47,223 nt of DNA from Bdellovibrionia bacterium (lineage in GTDB: Bacteria; Bdellovibrionota; UBA1018). Position 1 is the first letter of the stretch; each line of letters opens with the position of its first letter. The notes under the pieces are model-generated. The model made no database searches. It worked only from the letters and a program-made list of their open reading frames with translations, and was not told the DNA's origin. Shown piece by piece: positions 34,855 through 42,595 of the stretch. Made by a program: the position numbers and the translations under genes. The stretch is taken from NCBI GenBank assembly GCA_044347055.1, contig JBIIXZ010000001.1, forward strand, positions 1 to 47,223. Direction: 5' to 3'.

Positions 34855-34915
34855 GGGTCGGGACGATAGCGCAAGCCCCCTTGCGTTGCCACAGGCCAGA
34901 TGGTGAAGTTCCCGC

Positions 34916-35086
34916 ATGGAAACGGAAAAGCGCCCCGCATCGCACCCCGGAAATGAGCCCGAATGGACCGGACCGATTTGGAAGCATCCCTACATGATCT
35001 ATGTCTGGCTGACGATGGTGCTCTTTGGATTCCTGCTCGTGATGGCCTGGCTCGCCTGGACCAACGACTGGATTCCGCACCGATGA
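34916..35086 (+). CDS. Possible 56-aa single-TM small protein (below the track length cutoff)
   Basis: Hand translation: METEKRPASHPGNEPEWTGPIWKHPYMIYVWLTMVLFGFLLVMAWLAWTNDWIPHR*, with one clear hydrophobic helix. No good SD was seen. An internal ATG at 34994 would give 30 aa. Confidence 0.3.
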   Translation: METEKRPASHPGNEPEWTGPIWKHPYMIYVWLTMVLFGFLLVMAWLAWTNDWIPHR

Positions 35087-35125
35087 TTTCAGGTTGTCCG
35101 GTATTCCGGCCACAAGATTTCTTAA

Positions 35126-35137
35126 AGATTTAAATCT
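35126..35137. promoter_or_regulatory. Perfect 12-bp palindrome AGATTTAAATCT in an AT-rich island upstream of the histidine kinase gene
   Basis: Read directly from the sequence. The half-site AAGATTT also occurs at 35114-35120. It lies in the intergenic region between divergent or adjacent genes. Confidence 0.3.
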
Positions 35138-35201
35138 CCAAATATATCAGCGCCTTGAGCCAGATAAAAACACTCGATCTTTCTCGTTGTAGCCCGATAA
35201 A

Positions 35202-37226
35202 ATGAGAGACATGTCGGAAGCAAGGCAACACGCACCTTGGATGGATCTGCTGCTGTCCGGTTATTCGGGAGCGGCTCTTCTGTGCAGCTCTCGTGGCGAG
35301 CTTCTGGGCGCCACGCCTGCGCTGCTTCGAACACTCGGGCTGAACCAGGCACAGTTCGAAGAAAAGCGGTTCGGAGAACTCTCCGCCTTTCTTCGTTTTG
35401 CGTTCGACCCGAACTCGGCCGCCAAGATCACTGCACTGGCATCGGGAGTCGGCTGCGAGGAGTCGCTCAAGACCACGCAAGCGTTTCAGGGGCATGGCCA
35501 GGCGTTGATCTGGTCCTGCCGCTGCTTCGAGATTCCTGCAGTGGGAGACTTTCGTCTGGTCACGGTGCATGAAGAGGGCGTCACGCAATCGAACCAACTG
35601 GAGAAGCTCGAGTCCGAGCGCGCGCTGATGAATCAGGTGCTCCAGCAGCTGCCCTTCGGAATCATCGTGGCCGAGGCCCCATCCGGCCGCTTCATGATGC
35701 GCAACCAGGCGCTCACCCGGTTTTCTGAGGGAATGTATCCGAATCCGGAGAGCTCGGCCGATTGGCAGCAGTACGGCGTCTTTCATGAAAACGGCGAGAA
35801 ATATCGACCCGAAGAGTTTCCGATGACCCGGAGCTTTAAAACCGGTGAGCTGATCGAGGGCGAGCTGATGGAAGTTCGCCTGGTCACGGGCAAGGTTCGC
35901 CACGTTTCGGTGTACACGAGCCCCATCCACAACGAGCAGGGGGCCACCGTGGCGGGCGTCGCCGCGATTCTTGATGTCAGCGAACAGGTCCGCACTCGTC
36001 GAGGAGTCGAGTTCCTCGGCCAGGTCAGCAAGGCGCTTTCCACGGTCAAGTCGCACGAGGAGCTTCTGGAGAGGATCACCGAGCTGACCACTGCCCAGTT
36101 CAAGGGCTGGTGCATTCTTCATGTGCCTGGAAAAGACGGCTGGATGGTGCCTGCCAGCATCGGCCACAGCGATCCGGGCAAGGTCGAGCTCGTCCATCAG
36201 TCACAGTCTTTGAACAAGCGTCACGGAGCCCCGGGCACGACCGGACCCGCGCTGGTTTTCGAAACCGGAACTCCGCACTTTTTGCCCCATGTGCAGGAAG
36301 AGCAGCTTCGAAAATTTGCCTTCAGTGAAGAGCACCTTGCACTTCTGATGAAGCTCGGGATGCGTGGCGTGATCTGCGTGCCCCTGGACTCACCTTCAGG
36401 TCGCCATGGAACGCTCTCGGTCATCTCTTCGACCCGCGCCTTCGAGCAGGACGACCTGATCTTTGTCCAGGAGCTTGCCTCGCGCTTCGCGCTGGCGTGG
36501 GACAACATCCAGCTCATGGAGCAGCTCCGTCATGCGGTTCGGCTTCGCGATGAGGTGCTGTCGTTATCCTCGCATGAGGTTCGGACTCCATTGACCTCGT
36601 TGAAGCTCCTCATGGAGCTTCTCCTGCAGCTTCTCCGGGATCCGGCGCGTTTTGGACGTTCTTCCGATCGAATCCTCGACATCCTTCGCAACGCCAATAT
36701 TCAGGTGGACAACACGACGGCCCTGCTCGACCAGCTTCTGGATCTCTCGAGGATGGATTCCGGAAAATTTGAGCTGGTTCGGCAGCCGGTCGACCTGTCG
36801 GCCCTCGTGCAGGAGACCTTGGGCAGCCTGCGGCTGCAGTTGGAGCGCGAGGGAGTTCGAGTCGAGTTTTCGTGCGCTGGCCGGGGTGTGGTCCTCGGAG
36901 ACCCGATTCGGCTGCGCCAGCTCGTGGTCAACCTGCTCACCAACGCCATGAAGTATGGTGGAGGGGCCCCGATCGATGTTCGTGTCGAAGAAAGTAGTTC
37001 GTCAGTCCGAACTTTCGTGGTAGATCGCGGCGACGGAGTTCCTGCAGAGGTTCGAAAGAAGATTTTCGACCGATTCGATCGAGGCGGCGCGATTGAGGAT
37101 GGACGAGGCCACGGCTTGGGCCTGTACATCAGCAAGAGCATCGTCGAGGCGCATGGCGGAAGGATTTGGGTGGAACAGACAGACCCTCGCGGCGCAACCT
37201 TCGTGGTTGAATTGCCGAGGTCCTGA
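35202..37226 (+). CDS. Cytoplasmic PAS-PAS-GAF sensor histidine kinase
   Basis: H-box SHEVRTPLTSL; N-box NLLTNAMKYG; G-boxes DRGDGVP and GHGLGLYISKSIVEAHGG. GAF-like VICVPL...GTLSV. No TM segment. Confidence 0.85.
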   Translation: MRDMSEARQHAPWMDLLLSGYSGAALLCSSRGELLGATPALLRTLGLNQAQFEEKRFGELSAFLRFAFDPNSAAKITALASGVGCEESLKTTQAFQGHGQALIWSCRCFEIPAVGDFRLVTVHEEGVTQSNQLEKLESERALMNQVLQQLPFGIIVAEAPSGRFMMRNQALTRFSEGMYPNPESSADWQQYGVFHENGEKYRPEEFPMTRSFKTGELIEGELMEVRLVTGKVRHVSVYTSPIHNEQGATVAGVAAILDVSEQVRTRRGVEFLGQVSKALSTVKSHEELLERITELTTAQFKGWCILHVPGKDGWMVPASIGHSDPGKVELVHQSQSLNKRHGAPGTTGPALVFETGTPHFLPHVQEEQLRKFAFSEEHLALLMKLGMRGVICVPLDSPSGRHGTLSVISSTRAFEQDDLIFVQELASRFALAWDNIQLMEQLRHAVRLRDEVLSLSSHEVRTPLTSLKLLMELLLQLLRDPARFGRSSDRILDILRNANIQVDNTTALLDQLLDLSRMDSGKFELVRQPVDLSALVQETLGSLRLQLEREGVRVEFSCAGRGVVLGDPIRLRQLVVNLLTNAMKYGGGAPIDVRVEESSSSVRTFVVDRGDGVPAEVRKKIFDRFDRGGAIEDGRGHGLGLYISKSIVEAHGGRIWVEQTDPRGATFVVELPRS

Positions 37227-37391
37227 CCGAATCTTGAAGCAGGCGGCTTGAGCTGCCCCAAAAAAAGCCCAAAAAAGTCCGGTAAACCGCCGTTTTACCT
37301 GCTTATTCGTGCGGTATGCTCCGTGAATAGTAGAGGCATTTTCACTCATGCCCGAGTTTTTCTTCGGGCAGGTCTCCAGGGGGAGACGAGA

Positions 37392-37628
37392 ATGGCGCGC
37401 GAGAAATCACGGAAGGCCGGACTCCTCAAAAGGGTCGGACTGAAGATCATCAAGGATTTGCACCACAGGAATCAGAGTGTCGACGCACTGGCACTCGAGA
37501 TCGGAATGGCGCGCTCGACGTTGCGAGAGATCATCGCCGGCAGGAGCAATCCGCGCCTGCTGACGCTCGAGTCGATCGCTTTGGGTCTCGGGTATCACGA
37601 TCTGTCAGAGTTCTTCGCCGGGCTCTGA
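37392..37628 (+). CDS. XRE-family helix-turn-helix transcriptional regulator
   Basis: 78 aa: ...SVDALALEIGMARSTLREIIAGRSNPRLLTLESIALGL. GGGGGAGA lies upstream of the ATG at 37392. The track start at 37248 is an unsupported extension. Confidence 0.7.
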   Translation: MAREKSRKAGLLKRVGLKIIKDLHHRNQSVDALALEIGMARSTLREIIAGRSNPRLLTLESIALGLGYHDLSEFFAGL

Positions 37629-37693
37629 GCAGAGCGACGAAACCTGCCGGTAGGCCTGCCCGGCTCGCTGCTGCAGGGGCAGGCGACAGAAAC

Positions 37694-37723
37694 AAAAAAA
37701 CCCGCCGAAAGGCGGGTTTTTTT
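37694..37723. terminator. Bidirectional rho-independent terminator
   Basis: aaaaaaa-cccgcc-gaaa-ggcggg-ttttttt. It sits between the XRE gene (+) and tRNA-Asn (-). Confidence 0.8.
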
Positions 37724-37724
37724 A

Positions 37725-37800
37725 TGGCTGGCCAGGTTGGACTCGAACCAACGACCGATCGGTTAACAGCCGATTGCTCTACCGACTGAGCTACTGGCCA
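37725..37800 (-). tRNA. tRNA-Asn (anticodon GTT)
   Basis: The reverse complement folds as: acceptor TGGCCAG/CTGGCCA; D arm GCTC-AGTCGGTA-GAGC; anticodon stem ATCGG/CCGAT with loop CTGTTAA; T arm GTTGG-TTCGAGT-CCAAC; G-CCA tail. Confidence 0.9.
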
Positions 37801-37912
37801 ACACAGGCTTTCACGATTAACCCCAAAGCCCCGGGCTTGTCCAGAGGCGGCTCATCGGAGTCAGAATTTTGTCTGCTTTTCCGGAGGTCGGGCTCGGATA
37901 TACTCAGGAAAC

Positions 37913-38395
37913 ATGGGAGCAGGCATGAGGCAAAAACGCAGAAATTTTCTGGTGAATCCCCGCTTCCAGCTGAGGATCGCCTTTTTCATCAGCAGCTGGG
38001 TCATTGGATTGAGCCTGATGTTTCCGATGCTCCTGAATGAGGCGTTCTCGATCATCACGGAGCTCGTGATCCGTGACCCCCGCGGACCCGAGGTCGCCCA
38101 GGTGCTTGCCGCCAAGCAGGACCTGTTTCGCAACCTCTACATCTTCGAGTCCATCTTCGTCGTCGTGGTATTCTTCCTGGGAGTTTTTCTGTCGCACCGG
38201 ATCGCGGGACCGATCTACAAGCTGGATCAGTATTTTCGCGAGGCGGCCAAAACGGGGCGGCTCAAGCCGATGCTGCGCTTCCGATCCGGCGATCACTTCC
38301 TGGAACTTGCCGAAAGCTACAACGCGATGGTAGCTGCAGTTCAGCCGGATTCCGCTGCCGGCACGCAGCCTCGAAAAGGCCCTAAACAGCCCTGA
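37913..38395 (+). CDS. Membrane protein with HAMP-like linker
   Basis: 160-aa ORF with two TM segments, followed by SHRIAGPIYKLDQYFREA...SGDHFLELAESYNAMV. Confidence 0.6.
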   Translation: MGAGMRQKRRNFLVNPRFQLRIAFFISSWVIGLSLMFPMLLNEAFSIITELVIRDPRGPEVAQVLAAKQDLFRNLYIFESIFVVVVFFLGVFLSHRIAGPIYKLDQYFREAAKTGRLKPMLRFRSGDHFLELAESYNAMVAAVQPDSAAGTQPRKGPKQP

Positions 38396-38402
38396 GTTTT
38401 TC

Positions 38403-38825
38403 GTGAAAAAGCTGAAGTACCGTCCCCACCATTTCCTGTGCACGCTCGGCTTTCAGGGAAAGGGATACTCACCCTCCTTCGTCGAAAACTTCCAGGCGAT
38501 TGCCGACCGGCTTCGAGGACCTGATGGCGACCAGACGCCGATCGAAGTCGTGGGCCGGACCGATTCCATCTGCCAGCCCTGCCCGAATCGGACGGGGGCC
38601 ACGTGCACCAGCGAGCCCAAAATCCAGGCCCTGGATGCCGCGCATCAGCAGATGCTGGAGCTCCGAGTCGGAGAGGTACTGACATGGGGAGAGGCGCAGC
38701 AGCGAATCGCGCAACGGGTGGACGTGGAGAGCTTCCACCGGGCCTGCGCACCCTGTGCATGGAGATCGCTAGGGGTCTGTGAAGCGGCTCTCCGGGAGCT
38801 GCGTCGAAGGAAGGGTGTGGAATGA
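38403..38825 (+). CDS. DUF1284-like Cys-rich protein
   Basis: YRPHHFLCTLGFQGKGYSPSFVENF...DSICQPCPNR...C. GTG start. It ends in an ATGA overlap with slt. Confidence 0.6.
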   Translation: MKKLKYRPHHFLCTLGFQGKGYSPSFVENFQAIADRLRGPDGDQTPIEVVGRTDSICQPCPNRTGATCTSEPKIQALDAAHQQMLELRVGEVLTWGEAQQRIAQRVDVESFHRACAPCAWRSLGVCEAALRELRRRKGVE

Positions 38826-40633
38826 AGCGGATCGTTTCAGCGGCAGTCTCGAGCTTACTCCTCGTCGTCTCAGCCTATGCTGCGGAGCCATCGCGGGAAG
38901 TGCGACTGCTGAAGACCGAGGCGGGGTGGAGCAAGGTGCGGGACACCAGCGCTTATTTCGATCATGCCCAGGCGCTTCTGGCCAGGAAGCTCCAGTCCCA
39001 GGCGGAGACCGCGCTGTCTCGAAAGCGGTGGGCCGAGGCAATTTCACAAGCCGAAGGTGCCCAGCGGCACTGGGTGAAAATCCAGCAGAGGGTTTCCAGC
39101 AGCCCTTGGCTCAAGCGCTTTGCCGAGGAAATGGGCCGTGCCGATCTCCTCATCGGACAGGCACTGGCCGGGCAAAAGCAGGCGGCTCGGGCGCGTGAGG
39201 CCTTCGAACGTGGATGGGACCGAGCTCCCTTTTCCATCGCAACGCTCGAGAACGTGTCCTCCTATTTTGCGACGTGCCATAAGGTCGTTCCGAACTTCTG
39301 GAAGGATCTGACTGGAAACTCCTGTGCCGGGTGGGCCCGTCGGCTGATCGCAGCATTTCCGAAGCAGTCCGTGGAGCGGCAGGAGATTGGCAAAAAGTGG
39401 CCCGAGCTCGTGGATGGGCTTTCAGAGATCCTCCTTCCTGCGGCCGCTCCGAGAATCCATCAGTCCTACAAGGTTTCCGATGACGACGCTGCCGCCTGGG
39501 ATGCGATCGTTCCGAAGCTCCGCGAGGGCCGCCTCCGTGCCGTGCAGGCGCCGCTTCGCGAATTTCTCGAAATGTTTCCGCGATCCACTCTGCGCCAGAA
39601 GGCCCGATACTGGCTGGGCATTTCGCAGCTCGAGGACGGCGAAGTTCCCGAGGACGTGAGGCCACTTTTTGAAAGGGTCGCGCAGGAGAGCCCGCTGAGC
39701 TTTTATGGCCTGCTTTCAGCGCGCCAGCTGGGAAAGAATCCCGAAGATTTCCTCTCTTCCGAGGAGCCCGTCGAGAAGCCCGTCGATCTTCGACTGCATC
39801 CTTCCGAGCTTCTTGCCCTGCGCAAGGCTGAAGCCCTGCTCCAGGCCGGTGATCCAGCCTTGGCGGAGCTCGCCCAGATGGAACTTCGGGAGATACGCCC
39901 CAAGGAGACGCATGAATCCGAGTTTCTGGTTCGACTCGCGAACCTGAATCGCCAGGCGGGATCACATCTGGGCGCCTTTGCCGTGGTGACGGAGCTCATC
40001 CAGCGGGGGGCGAAGCAGGCGACGACCCAGTGGGCGGCCCGGATCATTTTTCCGATCGAACGCTGGAAGCTCGTGCTGGAAAATTCCGACTCGCTCCGCA
40101 TCGATCCTGTCTGGGTGCTTTCGCTCATGAAGCAGGAGTCCGCGTTTGATGTCGGAGCGCTCTCCTCCTCGGGGGCCGTCGGCCTGATGCAGGTCATGCC
40201 GGCGACCGCAGTCGATACGGATCCGAAGATCACCCGCGTGGCATTGTCCGAACATGCAGCAAACATCCGTGTCGGAACGACTTACATGGCGCAGATGCTC
40301 CAACGTTTTCGGGGCAATATCGCGCTCGCCACTGCCGCCTACAATGCGGGCCCGGTTGCCGTGGAGCGGTGGATGCGGGAATTCGGCATGAAGGACGTCG
40401 AGAACGGGCTGTCGCTCGGCATCGTCGAGTTCATCGAGTCGATTCCGTACAAGGAAACCCGCGACTACGTGGGCTCGATCATCCGGAATTACCACTGGTA
40501 CTCGCGACGCCTTCCGCAGGAAGTGCGGCAGCTGCCGAAGTCGATCGCGGGCCCGCAGCCGCTGCAGTACTTCTGGGTGCGGAACCTGCCGGCCACTTCC
40601 GCCTCGGCATCGTCGGAGTCATCGCAGAAGTAA
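38822..40633 (+). CDS. slt: Soluble lytic murein transglycosylase (Slt70-like)
   Basis: It has a signal peptide and a helical repeat N-domain. The catalytic region reads LMKQESAFDVGALSSSGAVGLMQVMPATA and AAYNAGPVAVERW. Confidence 0.85.
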   Translation: MKRIVSAAVSSLLLVVSAYAAEPSREVRLLKTEAGWSKVRDTSAYFDHAQALLARKLQSQAETALSRKRWAEAISQAEGAQRHWVKIQQRVSSSPWLKRFAEEMGRADLLIGQALAGQKQAARAREAFERGWDRAPFSIATLENVSSYFATCHKVVPNFWKDLTGNSCAGWARRLIAAFPKQSVERQEIGKKWPELVDGLSEILLPAAAPRIHQSYKVSDDDAAAWDAIVPKLREGRLRAVQAPLREFLEMFPRSTLRQKARYWLGISQLEDGEVPEDVRPLFERVAQESPLSFYGLLSARQLGKNPEDFLSSEEPVEKPVDLRLHPSELLALRKAEALLQAGDPALAELAQMELREIRPKETHESEFLVRLANLNRQAGSHLGAFAVVTELIQRGAKQATTQWAARIIFPIERWKLVLENSDSLRIDPVWVLSLMKQESAFDVGALSSSGAVGLMQVMPATAVDTDPKITRVALSEHAANIRVGTTYMAQMLQRFRGNIALATAAYNAGPVAVERWMREFGMKDVENGLSLGIVEFIESIPYKETRDYVGSIIRNYHWYSRRLPQEVRQLPKSIAGPQPLQYFWVRNLPATSASASSESSQK

Positions 40634-40662
40634 GCTCGAGCCCGCGTTCTTGCGGTCGACCG

Positions 40663-40721
40663 AAAAAAGACGCCCGCTTCAGACAGCTCCGCTTCGCGGA
40701 GAACTCGCGGGCGCACTTTTT
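40663..40721. terminator. Compound, probably bidirectional terminator between slt and ychF
   Basis: An A6 run is followed by an outer stem cgcccgc(40671-77)/gcgggcg(40707-13). This encloses an inner hairpin ctccgc-ttc-gcggag (40687-40701). A T5 run follows at 40717-21. Confidence 0.55.
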
Positions 40722-40774
40722 CCGGATCACCCGCGCGCACGCGAGCTGATCGATCTCTTGCGCGAGATGCCGCG

Positions 40775-40869
40775 GAATCAAAACAGGAGCCGGTCCGAGT
40801 CTCGCGAGGCAGGATGCCGACAGCGAGAGCACACGACGTGCGTCGAGCGATCGGCTCCTGTTTTGATTC
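40775..40869. repeat. Long inverted repeat: 18-bp perfect arms around a 59-nt spacer
   Basis: gaatcaaaacaggagccg (40775-92) pairs with cggctcctgttttgattc (40852-69). The spacer has internal pairs (tctcgc/gcgaga). It lies 23 nt downstream of the ychF stop. Confidence 0.6.
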
Positions 40870-40891
40870 GGTGGCCTGGGACGTGAGGTGA

Positions 40892-41992
40892 TCAGTTCGC
40901 GAAGCGGAAGTGCATGATGTCGCCATCGCGCACGACGTACTCTTTGCCCTCGAGGCGCATCGCGCCCGCGTCGCGGACGCCGGCCTCGCTCTTGTGCTTC
41001 ATCAGATCGTCGTAGTGATACACGTCGGCCTTGATGAATCCCTTTTCGAAATCCGTATGGATGACGCCCGCGCACTGCGGGGCTTTCCAGCCCTTGTGGA
41101 ACGTCCAGGCGCGCACTTCGACTTCACCGGCCGTGAAATAAGTCTGAAGTCCGAGGAGCGCGTAGCCAGCGCGGATGACGCGATTCAGTCCCGGTTCGTC
41201 CATTCCCATTTCCTGGAGGAATGCGACCTTCTCGGATTCTTCGAGCTCGGCGATCTCGGATTCGATCTTGCCGCAGATCTGGACGACCTGGCTGCCTTCC
41301 TTCGCGGCATGATCCATCACCTTCTTCACGTACTCGTTCGGCTCGGCCTTGCCGATGTCCTTGTCGTCGACGTTCGTGACGTACATGACCGGCTTTGCCG
41401 TGATGAGGTGGAACTCGTGGATGAGCTTCAGCTCGTCATCGGAAAGTTTCAGCGAGCGGACGGTGTTGCCCTTTTCGAGCGCGGCCTTGACCGGCTGGAG
41501 GATGCCGAGCTGGGCTGCGGCCTTCTTGTCTCCGGTGCGCGCGGTCTTCTCGATGATGTTGAAGCGCTTATTGACCGTTTCGAGGTCGGCCAGGATCAGT
41601 TCGAAGTCGATGACGGAAATGTCGCGGATCGGGTCGACCGAGCCGTCGACGTGGATGACGTTCGGATCCGAGAAGCAGCGGACGACGTGCGCGATGGCGT
41701 TCGTCTCGCGAATGTGGCCGAGGAACTGGTTGCCCAGGCCCTCGCCCTTCGAGGCGCCCTTCACCAGGCCGGCAATGTCGACAAAGGTCATGCTTGCGGG
41801 CACGAGCTTCTGGGGCGGAATGAACTCCGCAATCCTGGCGAGCCTCGGATCCGGCACCTTCACGATACCCGTGTTCGGGTCGATGGTGCAGAAGGGGTAG
41901 TTTGCTGCTTCAGCCTTGGCCGAAGTAAGCGCATTGAAGATGGTCGATTTTCCGACGTTCGGCAGTCCGACAATTCCGCAGCTAAAACCCAT
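40892..41992 (-). CDS. ychF: Redox-regulated ATPase YchF (Obg-family)
   Basis: N-terminus MGFSCGIVGLPNVGKSTIFNALT; also FVDIAGLVKGAS.GEGLGN.FL and a C-terminal TGS-like domain. Confidence 0.9.
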   Translation of the reverse strand: MGFSCGIVGLPNVGKSTIFNALTSAKAEAANYPFCTIDPNTGIVKVPDPRLARIAEFIPPQKLVPASMTFVDIAGLVKGASKGEGLGNQFLGHIRETNAIAHVVRCFSDPNVIHVDGSVDPIRDISVIDFELILADLETVNKRFNIIEKTARTGDKKAAAQLGILQPVKAALEKGNTVRSLKLSDDELKLIHEFHLITAKPVMYVTNVDDKDIGKAEPNEYVKKVMDHAAKEGSQVVQICGKIESEIAELEESEKVAFLQEMGMDEPGLNRVIRAGYALLGLQTYFTAGEVEVRAWTFHKGWKAPQCAGVIHTDFEKGFIKADVYHYDDLMKHKSEAGVRDAGAMRLEGKEYVVRDGDIMHFRFAN

Positions 41993-42004
41993 GGAGGCTT
42001 CCCC

Positions 42005-42595
42005 TTATTCCTTCTTCGAAACGTTGAACCGATTCATGGCGCGAGTGAGCTCGCCCCGCAAGATCATTTCGACGGCGTCCGACACATCGTCGAGCACCGG
42101 ATCGAGAAATTTCAGCTCGTCGTCGGTGAATTGTTCCAGAACGTGTTTTTCGGCCGACACGCGCTTGCCGGAGGGCAGGAGCGGCTGCCCGATGCCCATC
42201 CGAATCCGGATGTAGCTCGTTTTTCCGGCTCCGAGGCACTCGTCCAGTGACCGCAGGCCGTTGTGGCCGCCCGCGCCTCCGCCGACTTTCACGCGAAAGC
42301 TCATCGGAGCAATATCGAGCTCGTCATGGATGACGATGATGTCGGAGGGCTCGACCTTGTAGAACGTGGCGATCGGGGCGACCGACCTTCCGGAAAGGTT
42401 CATGAAGGTTTGCGGCTTCACGAGCAGGACCTGCTCGCCGGCAACTCTCGCCGAATAGACTTCGGCCTGGTTTCGCGCCTGCGGGCCATCGGCCTTCCAG
42501 CGATCAATGAGGCGATCGACGGCCAGGAACCCGACATTGTGCCGGGTCAGTTCGTATTTGGGACCCGGGTTGCCGAGTCCGACGACCACTTTCAT
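42005..42595 (-). CDS. pth: Peptidyl-tRNA hydrolase
   Basis: Motifs: VVGLGNPGPKYELTRHNVGF and GGGAGGHNGLRS. Confidence 0.9.
   Translation of the reverse strand: MKVVVGLGNPGPKYELTRHNVGFLAVDRLIDRWKADGPQARNQAEVYSARVAGEQVLLVKPQTFMNLSGRSVAPIATFYKVEPSDIIVIHDELDIAPMSFRVKVGGGAGGHNGLRSLDECLGAGKTSYIRIRMGIGQPLLPSGKRVSAEKHVLEQFTDDELKFLDPVLDDVSDAVEMILRGELTRAMNRFNVSKKE

Noticed and set aside
33199-34869. 556-aa plus ORF opposite the aromatic amino-acid hydroxylase
   Set aside because: It is the antisense shadow of a gene with clear catalytic motifs. The same reasoning applies to 40910..42250 (+, opposite ychF/pth), 13521..14735 (-), 16883..17998 (-), 8428..9762 (+), 24872..26170 (-), 28541..29641 and 28834..29832 (-), 31068..32213 (-), 35130..36197 (-), 27452..28480 (+) and 46374..47003 (-).
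34963-35133. Alternative 56-codon plus-strand ORF (MDRTDLEASLHDL...) overlapping the small TM ORF in another frame
   Set aside because: Its composition (Asp/Arg/Leu-rich, no hydrophobic core, runs into the AT-rich island) looks non-coding. The TM-helix frame is the more protein-like of the two, though neither is proven.
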